From an uncultured bacterium (lineage in GTDB: Bacteria > Fermentibacterota > Fermentibacteria > Fermentibacterales > JCC-6): a DNA stretch of 64,000 bases. The notes under the pieces are model-generated. The model did no database searches. It had not been told where the DNA came from and was given only the letters and a program-made list of their open reading frames with translations. Below are positions 35,166 to 43,638 of the stretch, one piece after another. Every line of letters begins with the position of its first letter. The stretch's first letter is position 1. A program made the position numbers and the translations under genes. Location of the stretch: positions 2,363 through 66,362 of the forward strand of contig CAZNFQ010000002.1 of NCBI GenBank assembly GCA_964571965.1, in the 5' to 3' direction.

Positions 35166-35944
35166 GCTTTGCTCCTCTCAACGAGTCGGTTGATCCTGCT
35201 GCCTGTATTGCCCAGGTAAACAGCTTCAACGGCTCTCTGGAATTTCGAGCAGGAGACCCTTTCAAGCCCCAGCTCTCTGATTATTCTCTGAAACCAGAAG
35301 GGAATCCGATAACGGAACTTTATTTCAACGATTCCCCCTCTCGGTATTATCTCTTCGGGATTGCCCCGGGGCAAGCCCAGGCGGGAGGCCTGGAAAGCGC
35401 TTGAGGCATCGTCGATGGTTGCCCTGAAATCGGGATTGGAAACATCCTCCCAGGCGGCCCTGTTGTAATCGGTGATCACACTTGGAGAAAGCCTGTATCT
35501 GAACGACTGGGCAATGAACCTTTCAGCAACGTTATTGCCCTGGTAGTCGGATGCCAGAAGATCTCTCAGTCTCCAGGTGCCACCGGTAAGGCCCTCAGAA
35601 AACTCCTGGTGGGGAAGCTTCACCCGGTGCTTGATGACCAGGGCGCCGTCCCTGCCTTTGAGCTCCAGGTAAAGAGGGTCTTCGAACCCCCGGGCAATCT
35701 GGGAATATGCTCTGAGTCTGTACTTGAAACGCTTTTCATGACCGTTTCTCTTTTCGTGGAACCATCTCATGTCCGGAGAGTCAAAGTAGACACTTCGAAT
35801 GGGATAGTACCCGTTGTCCCGGCAGTGAACGTCACGTGACAGGTGCCTGTCCAGTTCCGCGGCCACGATTTTCAGGGAGTTGTCAGAAAGAATGTACTTG
35901 AACTCGTACCTGTAGAAATGCAGGTGTTCGGGCACTGATGTCAT
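35153..35944 (-). CDS. VTC-domain protein (polyphosphate-polymerase-like, CYTH/triphosphate-tunnel fold)
   Basis: 263 aa; RYEFKYILSDNSLKIVAAEL...YYPIRSVYFDSPDMRWFHEKRNGHEKRFKYRLRAY...LYLELKGRDGALVIKHRVKL matches the bacterial VTC (Vtc4-like catalytic tunnel) domain; overlaps DUF4956 by 13 nt. Confidence 0.75.
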   Translation of the reverse strand: MTSVPEHLHFYRYEFKYILSDNSLKIVAAELDRHLSRDVHCRDNGYYPIRSVYFDSPDMRWFHEKRNGHEKRFKYRLRAYSQIARGFEDPLYLELKGRDGALVIKHRVKLPHQEFSEGLTGGTWRLRDLLASDYQGNNVAERFIAQSFRYRLSPSVITDYNRAAWEDVSNPDFRATIDDASSAFQASRLGLPRGNPEEIIPRGGIVEIKFRYRIPFWFQRIIRELGLERVSCSKFQRAVEAVYLGNTGSRINRLVERSKACHH

Positions 35945-37005
35945 CAGAACCTGAATCCTGCTTCCAGCACTATATCGGTATAATCCTCCGAGGAATTGAA
36001 TTCTTCCACGGTGTTCTTGACACCTCCAAAGCGTATTCTTGTGTTCTCGGTGGGATAAACAGCTCCCATTATGGAAATTCTTCTGTCCATCCAGTCCAGA
36101 TCGGTATCCGGCTTCGCTTCGTCAAATCCCAGGGAGATTGAAACAGTTCTTATTGTCTGAACGTTCCATGGGTGGTAATTGAAGGTTACCGCACCCCAGT
36201 AGCCCAGGAACCGGGGAGGATCTTCACCGGCGAGCACTTCACTCAGCTCCCAGTTGTCTCCTGTGGACAGCTCTGCGTAAATCTCGGCGCCGTACCAGTT
36301 ATTGAATTCATGTTCAAAGGAAAGATCGCCGGAAAAGGCAAAAAGCCTGGCGCTTGAGATATAGCCGTCCGGTTCGGTCTGGTCGGCCATGCCCTTTCTG
36401 TGGGAAACCGCCGAAAGCCCAAGGGTAAGGTCAGCAGGCAGTATTTCCGCGGTACCCCTGAAGGAGTAAAGCAGTTCACTGTCCTCTCTCTCTTCTGCCC
36501 TGGCATCTCCGTTGAAGACCCCTGCAGTGCCCCGGAGTTCGAGAACGTTAGAGACGGGTAACTGGATACGGGCATCGAATCCCAGGTCTCTGCCGCTGTA
36601 TGTGAGGTCTTCGCGTAGCTCATAAACAAGAGGACGCTCAAAGAGGGGAAGATCCCATGTGCTCAGGTCTCCTCCCAGAAGAGTTGCCCTTCTGAACAAA
36701 CCGAACCGGCCCCTGGCAGATCCCAGAGGTTCCCACTCCACAAGTGCGTCCTTCAGAAAAATTTCATTGGGTCTGAACTCCAGTTTCAGCTCCGCCTGAA
36801 GGTTGCCGGTGATCCGGGCTGCAGTTTCCATCCCTGCCCGGCGTATGGAGAATTCCCTGGAGGGAACGGCATTGTAACCGCCGAACTCCTCGTATCTGGC
36901 ATCGAGATAACCTTCCAGGGTAAACTCCTCGCAGACAGGATTTTCAACATCGATGGCGGCAAATGATATGGCAAAACAAAACAAGACGCACATAGTGAAT
37001 TTCAT
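35944..37005 (-). CDS. outer-membrane beta-barrel protein (porin-like), hypothetical
   Basis: Signal peptide MKFTMCVLFCFAISFAA; alternating amphipathic beta-strands; C-terminal ...LEAGFRF ending in aromatic Phe. 1-nt overlaps with both neighbours. Confidence 0.55.
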   Translation of the reverse strand: MKFTMCVLFCFAISFAAIDVENPVCEEFTLEGYLDARYEEFGGYNAVPSREFSIRRAGMETAARITGNLQAELKLEFRPNEIFLKDALVEWEPLGSARGRFGLFRRATLLGGDLSTWDLPLFERPLVYELREDLTYSGRDLGFDARIQLPVSNVLELRGTAGVFNGDARAEEREDSELLYSFRGTAEILPADLTLGLSAVSHRKGMADQTEPDGYISSARLFAFSGDLSFEHEFNNWYGAEIYAELSTGDNWELSEVLAGEDPPRFLGYWGAVTFNYHPWNVQTIRTVSISLGFDEAKPDTDLDWMDRRISIMGAVYPTENTRIRFGGVKNTVEEFNSSEDYTDIVLEAGFRF

Positions 37006-39455
37006 TACTGATCCTCCTGCAAAACAGTGAGACGAACTGAGTCTGAATCCGTACTTGATCTCAGATAAAGAATATACACACCTGAAGGAAGGGTTCCAGT
37101 GAAGTCAGCGGTAACCGTTCCCGAAGGGGTGGGCGGCAGATCGATCCTGGACATTACCCTGCCGCACATGTCGAACAGAACCGCCTCCACAGGCATTGAA
37201 GACGTTTCGTAGAAAAAGCTGAAAGAACCTGAGCACGGGTTGGGAGAAGCCAGCCTTACACAGGTTGCAGGGAGATTGGAAGGCCATCCCGGATTAGGAG
37301 CACCCGGCGTACCCGGCGGTTCAGCGGATACCCAGCTGAAAGGAGATGAAACCGGCGATTGAGGTGAGCCCAGATACATTATTCCAGTTTCTGCTCCCGG
37401 CCAGGAGCAGTTCCAGCCCATGGAAAAGTTACAGTCTCCGGTATTGCTGAACAGGAAGAGGGAGTCGGATTCAGAAGCCAGACTGAAATCGAGAAAAGCC
37501 GGATCCAACCCTGCAAATTCCCTCTGGGGGTTGTCGCAGACCACCAGATAGCTTCCGGGAAGAAGACAGGTTCCCTCGTCGAAAAGAGAAGTATTCATTC
37601 CGGCATCCATGAGGAACCATCCGGAGAGATCCACCTGATTCTGACCCGGGTTGTAGAGCTCTATCCAGTCGTCTCCGCCTCCGCGGCAGATCTCGCTTGG
37701 AATAACGATCTGATCCGGTTGTGGAAGGGTATCGCCTGTGCCGATGTTCCAGGTGTGCATTTCATGCCAGGAAGGATCGTTCAGTGTAAGCGGAGTACCT
37801 GCGGGATATGGTGTTCCAGCGTCTCCGAATAACCGCTCCCCGCAGAAGGATCCTGCCAGCCGGGCATCGTTCGTAAGGTAGAAGGTTTCACCGGCTTCAA
37901 CGAGAACAGACTCCGGGAAGAATACCGTTCCCGAGGGCATTCCCACGTAAAAAGAGCATAGACTTAAGTCCTGCGTGTGATCTGCGTTGTTGGTTACAGG
38001 GAGTATCCAGAGGTTTTCCCCGCACCAGAGGGGAGTGCCCGGGGAGAACTGCTCCGGAACAAGGGGAGCAAGGGCCATCCTGGCCCCGGGAGCCGGTGAC
38101 GGCCTGGCAAAATTTTCCCTGAGGCACCAGGAAGGATAGGAAACAGGGAAACTACAAGGGGCGATCCGCGGACAGAAGGCCATTCTTACACTGTATGTCC
38201 CAGGGGGAACATCTATGGTGTATTCGTATTCACCCTTTTCCTCTTCTTCCAGGTAGTGCCATTCTTCGTCTTCTCCGTCGAATGACAGCAGAAGAATCAC
38301 TCCCTCTGAGGCAATATCTCCTGTTTCAAGTTCCAACTCCACAGATGTTTCCATGTCGAGGCAGGAAGAAATTTCATAGTCCTCTATTGGCGTGGCGGGA
38401 TAGTCCAGATACACTTCCGAAAGATAGGCTGCCCGGGCTTCGATATCTTCAGAGAGGAATGAGCAGATGGAATCGAACTGTGAGACGGAGTATTCGTAGA
38501 AGGGGTCCTGCGCCAGTTCAGATCTTATTTCGAGCCGCAGCGAGTCGATTATTCCTGGGTATTCGTCTGCCATGATATCGGCACACTCCGCTATCAGGGT
38601 ATTGAGAAGCTGAACGTTGTCCCAGGACGCAAGCAGAGATCTTGCGGCGCCGAAGTAGCCGATGTCGCCGAGGCTGTGTTTCTCAACCCAGTCGGGGATG
38701 TACTCTCCCGTCCACGCATTGCCGAACGTGGCGTCCCGGTCCCAGGGGTAAATGTGCCAGCGGTCCTGCCAGCTGTGGAGGTAGATATTCTTGATTATGC
38801 CGTCTCTGTCGGATATTGCGGTGTTCACCGCGAAGAGGGCTATGAATTCGTCGGTTTCCAGGGAAGAGACATCTCCCCGGAAAGCATCTTCGATCAGTTG
38901 AAGCAGCAGTTGTGAATAGGGCTCACTGTCCACCTTGGGTTCGAATCCGGCAATTCCCAGGGTATCGGAGTACTGACAAATGAGCCTCGCGGCAACGTCG
39001 GTGCTCTTGAACAAGGGGCCGAAGCCTGTTCCGTTCCTCTGGTAGAATCGTCTGTCAATCCGCTCAACCCTCTCATATACTCCCATATTCGTTCCATTTA
39101 TGGAAAGGGACACGAATTCAGTTTCCGGTGCCGGATAACCAAGTTTTCTCGTCAGCAGAAGGCCAAGGGTGTTCCGCATGAGGGAAGGATCGCGGAACTG
39201 GGCATTCAGTAGTATGTGGTCTCCGCAGGGGAAGATCTCGTCTTCCTCAAGTCTTATATGGAAACTCTTTTTCGCAAGCCAAAGGCTGGTGCCGCCTCTG
39301 AATGCAAGGGTTCCTCCTGCAACCAGGGTATCCAGGAAAACCGTTGCCGGAATCTCAAGTTCGTCCTGAAAGTGATCGTAAAGATATGCGAGATCACCGG
39401 GATCCACAGTTACGGAATAGTGCGGCAGCACCGAAAGAATTACCAGAAAAATCAT
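37005..39455 (-). CDS. CotH-kinase-like protein with inserted lamin-tail domain and C-terminal T9SS sorting domain
   Basis: 816 aa. CotH motifs FRGGTSLWLAKKSFHIRL, INGTNMGVYERVERIDRRF, NIYLHSWQDRWHIYPWDRDATFGN. LTD SEICRGGGDDWIELYNPGQNQVDLSGWFL...LPGSYLVVCDN. C-terminal GVYILYLRSSTDSDSVRLTVLQ resembles Por_Secre_tail. Confidence 0.8.
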   Translation of the reverse strand: MIFLVILSVLPHYSVTVDPGDLAYLYDHFQDELEIPATVFLDTLVAGGTLAFRGGTSLWLAKKSFHIRLEEDEIFPCGDHILLNAQFRDPSLMRNTLGLLLTRKLGYPAPETEFVSLSINGTNMGVYERVERIDRRFYQRNGTGFGPLFKSTDVAARLICQYSDTLGIAGFEPKVDSEPYSQLLLQLIEDAFRGDVSSLETDEFIALFAVNTAISDRDGIIKNIYLHSWQDRWHIYPWDRDATFGNAWTGEYIPDWVEKHSLGDIGYFGAARSLLASWDNVQLLNTLIAECADIMADEYPGIIDSLRLEIRSELAQDPFYEYSVSQFDSICSFLSEDIEARAAYLSEVYLDYPATPIEDYEISSCLDMETSVELELETGDIASEGVILLLSFDGEDEEWHYLEEEEKGEYEYTIDVPPGTYSVRMAFCPRIAPCSFPVSYPSWCLRENFARPSPAPGARMALAPLVPEQFSPGTPLWCGENLWILPVTNNADHTQDLSLCSFYVGMPSGTVFFPESVLVEAGETFYLTNDARLAGSFCGERLFGDAGTPYPAGTPLTLNDPSWHEMHTWNIGTGDTLPQPDQIVIPSEICRGGGDDWIELYNPGQNQVDLSGWFLMDAGMNTSLFDEGTCLLPGSYLVVCDNPQREFAGLDPAFLDFSLASESDSLFLFSNTGDCNFSMGWNCSWPGAETGIMYLGSPQSPVSSPFSWVSAEPPGTPGAPNPGWPSNLPATCVRLASPNPCSGSFSFFYETSSMPVEAVLFDMCGRVMSRIDLPPTPSGTVTADFTGTLPSGVYILYLRSSTDSDSVRLTVLQEDQ

Positions 39456-39477
39456 TGCTGAACGCTTTCATGTTCTT

Positions 39478-41934
39478 TCACTGATCATCCCTTAATATGG
39501 TTAAGCAAGCTGAATCCCAACCCGATCCAGACCTCAGAGATACAATATACAACCCCGACGGAAGAGTTCCAGAGAAGTCTGCCGATAGGGTACCCTCACA
39601 GGAAGCCGGCAGGGGCAGCTCAGATATAACTCTTCCGCAGATGTCGTAGAGAATCAGCTGAGCGGTTTCAGATGAGGTTTCGTATGAGAGAGAGAAGGCT
39701 CCTGAGCAGGGGTTCTCTGATACAAGGCGCAAACGGGTGAGCCCTGAAGGCTGAGACCAACCGGGATTGGGAAGGCCGGGAGTACCGGGAGGCTCCGCAG
39801 AGGCCCAGCTGAATGGAGAGGAGACAGGAAAAACAGGAGACTTCAAATACATTATTCCAGACTCATATCCCGGCCAGAACTCAGTCCAGTTCAAAGCAAA
39901 TACCAGTTTTCCCAGGCTGTCATACAGCCAGAGAGAGTCAGTTTCACGATTAAGAGACATCTCAAGTATTTCCGCCTCAATCCCATGACAGTAGCCTTCA
40001 GGATTTTCACAGACAACAAGATATTCTCCTGGTTGGAGAGTAAGACCATCCGAAAGGAATGAAGCGTTTCTTTCAGAATCAATCAGATAGAAGCCTGACA
40101 GCTCAGCAGGGTTATCACCGGCATTGAACAGTTCAATCCAGTCGTGTTCACCAGCTCTGCAAATTTCCGTTGGGATGATGCAGAGATCAGGAAGAGACAG
40201 AGTGTCCGTGTCTGTAATCATCCATGAACTCATTTCATGCCAGGATGGGTCACAGAGGAAAAGGCTGCAGTTTACAGGGCAGGGGGATCCTGCATCTCCG
40301 AATACTCTGCCCGGAAACAGGTTTTCAGCCAGTCCGGAGTTGTTCGTAAGATAAAAAGTTTCCTCAGGAGCCACCACAACTGATTCAGGCAGAAAAACAG
40401 TCCCCGGCACCGGATATGTTCTGAATGAGCAGAGACTCAGGTCCTGTGAGAAATCAGCGGTATTACTTACCGGCAGTACCCAGAGGTTTTCCCCGCACCA
40501 TACCGGGGTACCTGGCAATAGGAATTCGGGCCTGAGGGGAGCAAGGGCTATCCTTGCTCCTGGAGCAGGTACAGGTCTTATCCGGTTTCCCATAAAAGAC
40601 CAGGAAGGGTAGTACACCGGCAGAAAGCAGGGTTTGATCCTGGGTCCGAAAACAACCTGTACACTGTAGGCGCCATGGGGAACATTTAGAGTGTAAGAGT
40701 ATGCTCCACCTGGCTCTTCAGGAAGGAAGCAGGAAAATTCATCGCCTCTGTCAATGGAGAAGAGAAGCATTACTCCGTGGGAATCACCGCCCAGAAGTTC
40801 CAGTTCCATTTGAACCTGATTTCCCATGTTCAGACAGTCACCGATCAGGAAATTTCCAATTCTCGAAGCGGGATCTGCCAGATATACTCCCGGAAGAAAG
40901 GAAGCCCGTGCTTCTATGTCATGGGAGAGAACTGCGCAGATGGAATCAAACTGAACCGGTGAAAATTCATAATAGGGATCATTAGCTATCTCGCTCCTTA
41001 GTTCAATTCTCAAAGAATCAATTATATGGGGGAATTGCAGGGCCATTATTTCTGCAGAGACTTCCATGAGATCGTTGAAAAGAACAATGTTCTCCTGTAG
41101 TTCGAGGAGGGGTCTGCCTGCTCCAAATCGGCCTATATCACCCATGTATACCGATTCTTCCCACCCGGGGATGTACTCGCCGGGAGAATTCCCGAAGGAT
41201 GCATCACGATCCCAGGGGTAGACATGCCAGCGGTTGCAGAAGCGATGAAGAAAGATGTTCTTGACTATGCCGTCGCGGTTGGCTATTGCGGTATTAACGG
41301 CGAAAAGGGCTATGAACTCCTCAGTTTCCAGGGAAGATACGTCTCCGGCAAAGCAATTCTCTATGAGTTCAAGAAGCTCAAGACGGTATGGATCGCTGTC
41401 TCTTTTGGGTTCAAGGCCGTGTATCCCGGATCTATCCGAATATTGGCATACAATTCTGCCAAGGGGTTCTATGCTTTTAAAGATGGGGCCCCACCCAAGA
41501 CCGTTTCGCTGAAAAAACTCTCTGTCTATGCGCTCGATCCTTTCATAAATTCCCATACTGCTGCCATTCAGGGAAAGAGTAACAAACTCGGTGATGGGTG
41601 CGGGGTACCCCAGTTCTCTGGTAAGAAGATGACCAAGGGTGTTTCTCATGAAAGACGGGTCCAGGGACTGGGCATTCAATAGAATATTCCCGGAACAATC
41701 GGGTGGGTTGTTTTCACAAATACGTATGTGCCAGCTTTTTTTCGGAAGATACAGGCTGGCTCCTCCTCTTATGGACAGGGTACCTTCCAATACCAGCGAA
41801 TCCGTTGAGATCAGCGCCGGGATTTCAATATCTTCTTCGAGATTATCATAGAGGTATGCCAGCTGTACTGGATCTGTTGTCAGGGAATAGTGGGGCAGCG
41901 CATGCAGCAGCACCAGAAAGAATATATAATTCAT
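39478..41934 (-). CDS. CotH-kinase-like protein with lamin-tail domain and C-terminal T9SS sorting domain (tandem paralog)
   Basis: 818 aa; same architecture and roughly half identical to the downstream gene (IRGGASLYLPKKSWHIRI; NIFLHRFCNRWHVYPWDRDASFGN; TEICRAGEHDWIELFNAGDNPAELSGFYL; C-terminal GLYIVSLRSGSGWDSACLTILRDDQ). Confidence 0.8.
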   Translation of the reverse strand: MNYIFFLVLLHALPHYSLTTDPVQLAYLYDNLEEDIEIPALISTDSLVLEGTLSIRGGASLYLPKKSWHIRICENNPPDCSGNILLNAQSLDPSFMRNTLGHLLTRELGYPAPITEFVTLSLNGSSMGIYERIERIDREFFQRNGLGWGPIFKSIEPLGRIVCQYSDRSGIHGLEPKRDSDPYRLELLELIENCFAGDVSSLETEEFIALFAVNTAIANRDGIVKNIFLHRFCNRWHVYPWDRDASFGNSPGEYIPGWEESVYMGDIGRFGAGRPLLELQENIVLFNDLMEVSAEIMALQFPHIIDSLRIELRSEIANDPYYEFSPVQFDSICAVLSHDIEARASFLPGVYLADPASRIGNFLIGDCLNMGNQVQMELELLGGDSHGVMLLFSIDRGDEFSCFLPEEPGGAYSYTLNVPHGAYSVQVVFGPRIKPCFLPVYYPSWSFMGNRIRPVPAPGARIALAPLRPEFLLPGTPVWCGENLWVLPVSNTADFSQDLSLCSFRTYPVPGTVFLPESVVVAPEETFYLTNNSGLAENLFPGRVFGDAGSPCPVNCSLFLCDPSWHEMSSWMITDTDTLSLPDLCIIPTEICRAGEHDWIELFNAGDNPAELSGFYLIDSERNASFLSDGLTLQPGEYLVVCENPEGYCHGIEAEILEMSLNRETDSLWLYDSLGKLVFALNWTEFWPGYESGIMYLKSPVFPVSSPFSWASAEPPGTPGLPNPGWSQPSGLTRLRLVSENPCSGAFSLSYETSSETAQLILYDICGRVISELPLPASCEGTLSADFSGTLPSGLYIVSLRSGSGWDSACLTILRDDQ

Positions 41935-41987
41935 ATGTTTCTATCATATCATATGCATGATAAAAAAGACAGCCTCTGGAGGCCTTA

Positions 41988-42410
41988 ATGAGTACCATTT
42001 CGCTTGTTGTAGTTCTGTTCCGGGGTTTTGTTCCAATAAACGGGTTTTCGGATTTGGATGCGCTGGCAGCACCCACGGACTTCGGATTTCTCGTTATAGA
42101 GTCGGGTAGCACCGAAGATGACACGGAGCTGATGTCAGCGGTTGAGAATGGCCTTGATGAAATGTCCGTTCCCGACAGTTGCGAAGTGAAGCTTTACACA
42201 ATTTCGCCGGGATCGGCAGGGTACCCCGAGGTGGCCCGTCTGGCAGGCAGTTACAACGGTTTTCCCGCGGTTGTAACCATTGTCGGACACTGCGGTTTCA
42301 TTGAGCTCGATACAGAATTCCTGGTTTCGGAGATGGAGGATGCCTGGTACAGGTGGGGCAGCGGGGGCTCCATGGGTATATGCAACCACTGCAGAAGGTG
42401 CAATCCATAA
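41988..42410 (+). CDS. hypothetical small secreted protein with Cys-rich C-terminus
   Basis: 140 aa; N-terminal hydrophobic segment; C-terminal CNHCRRCNP; no homolog I can name. Confidence 0.35.
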   Translation: MSTISLVVVLFRGFVPINGFSDLDALAAPTDFGFLVIESGSTEDDTELMSAVENGLDEMSVPDSCEVKLYTISPGSAGYPEVARLAGSYNGFPAVVTIVGHCGFIELDTEFLVSEMEDAWYRWGSGGSMGICNHCRRCNP

Positions 42411-42436
42411 AAAAAGGGGCGGCAACAGCCGCCCCT
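42408..42436 (-). terminator. rho-independent terminator for the rhamnose-isomerase-like gene
   Basis: GGGGCGGC-aaca-GCCGCCCC hairpin preceded on the plus strand by an A8 run, which is a U-run after the hairpin on the minus-strand transcript. Confidence 0.5.
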
Positions 42437-42447
42437 GAAACTGATTC

Positions 42448-43590
42448 CTACAACTCTGCAAAGGGATTCTCTGGAAGGTCGTTGTCTTTCCTCCAGGATT
42501 CCACCACAGGCCTGACATCTGTAACGAAGGCATCCCTGAGAATGTGGTTGGCTGCCACGGGATCCGGTTTCGTCTGGGCCTGCCTGAGTTCTTTCAGGTC
42601 AACCATTGAAGCCCTGGCAAGGGCATGCTGTGTGTTTTCCACTGCAGTGAGCAGGTTTTCCAGGGTTGGTCCCACCCTTGATTCAACTCTTAGCTGAATG
42701 CCGAGATCTTCAAGTGAGCAGAGGCCGGCATCTTCGGCCATGAGAATGTTAAGGAAAAGCCGGAAAAGGGCACCTGCGTCCAGTGAGCCTGCAGGAAGGG
42801 CCCCCATTCCAAGCCTGTTATCCGATATGGCAAGCCTTCCAAGCATCTTCTGATGAAGAAGGGAAATCGCAACGGATTCAAGACTTTCACCGGGGAGCAG
42901 CGAGCCTGTATCCAGAAGGAGTCTGCAGGAGTGAAGGGTTTCCCGGCACATCCAGGCTGCCGTTCCCCAGTCCGGTACTGCGGTTCCGCAGTAGGAAGGA
43001 CCGTAGGGTCTGAAGCTGAGGAGCATGCTCTCGCTTTTCCTGACCTTCATTCCTATCTGCCTGAGACCCTTGAGAATGCTGTCCAGCATGTCGACTGTGT
43101 TTTTCTCTCCGGGGGAATCGATGCCGTCGGGTATCCACAGTCCCAGCTGTCGGCACTTTACGTCCCTCATTACCTGAAGGGTGGAGATAACCTGGTTTAT
43201 GGAAGCCACACGCACCTCGGGGTAGGGGGAAGTCAGTGTGCCGTACATGAGCCTGTGGTTCAGAACTCCACGTTTTCTGGGAATGTGCAGGTCTGCCACC
43301 ATCGTTGCAGCGTTCAGCCCGTTCTTCTCAAGGGCGGCAAGCACGGTTTCCACGTCTTCCTTGCCCCTGACATCGCCGGGGCAGGAAAGAACGACATCGG
43401 ATCCCTTGCCTGTTATGGCTGCCACCTTGCCCAGGAGGTCAAGTTTATCGGTTACAGTTGTGGGATCCGTATCGGTTTTGTAAACCGCCCAGTTGCTGGC
43501 GGCTCTGGATACGGACCTGGTTGAAGCAATAAGATTAAGTTTTTGAAGTCTCTCCTTGACCGTTTTCAATTTATCACCGTTCCCCTTCAT
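42448..43590 (-). CDS. L-rhamnose isomerase-like sugar isomerase (xylose-isomerase-fold TIM barrel)
   Basis: 380 aa; several segments resemble my recollection of Pseudomonas stutzeri-type L-RhI (DKLDLLGKVAAITGKGSDVVLSCPGD, LHQKM, ILRDAFVTDVRPVVE); not verified. Confidence 0.5.
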   Translation of the reverse strand: MKGNGDKLKTVKERLQKLNLIASTRSVSRAASNWAVYKTDTDPTTVTDKLDLLGKVAAITGKGSDVVLSCPGDVRGKEDVETVLAALEKNGLNAATMVADLHIPRKRGVLNHRLMYGTLTSPYPEVRVASINQVISTLQVMRDVKCRQLGLWIPDGIDSPGEKNTVDMLDSILKGLRQIGMKVRKSESMLLSFRPYGPSYCGTAVPDWGTAAWMCRETLHSCRLLLDTGSLLPGESLESVAISLLHQKMLGRLAISDNRLGMGALPAGSLDAGALFRLFLNILMAEDAGLCSLEDLGIQLRVESRVGPTLENLLTAVENTQHALARASMVDLKELRQAQTKPDPVAANHILRDAFVTDVRPVVESWRKDNDLPENPFAEL

Positions 43591-43638
43591 GTAATTCTAT
43601 AGTATATGGAAAAGTAGCTCTGCCTTAAATCTTCTCAA

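Noticed and set aside
34726-35265. 179-aa minus-strand ORF overlapping DUF4956/VTC in another frame
   Set aside because: Arg/Gly-rich off-frame translation; the DUF4956 frame gives clean TM helices and the conserved VRFR motif.
37005-41934. Possibility that the two cotH-like genes are an assembly-collapsed repeat or recent duplication
   Set aside because: The proteins differ at roughly half their positions and in length of acidic inserts, so the DNA copies are too diverged for a repeat artefact.
42853-43524. 223-aa plus-strand ORF antisense to the rhamnose-isomerase-like gene
   Set aside because: Shadow ORF; the minus-strand frame matches a known enzyme family along its full length.
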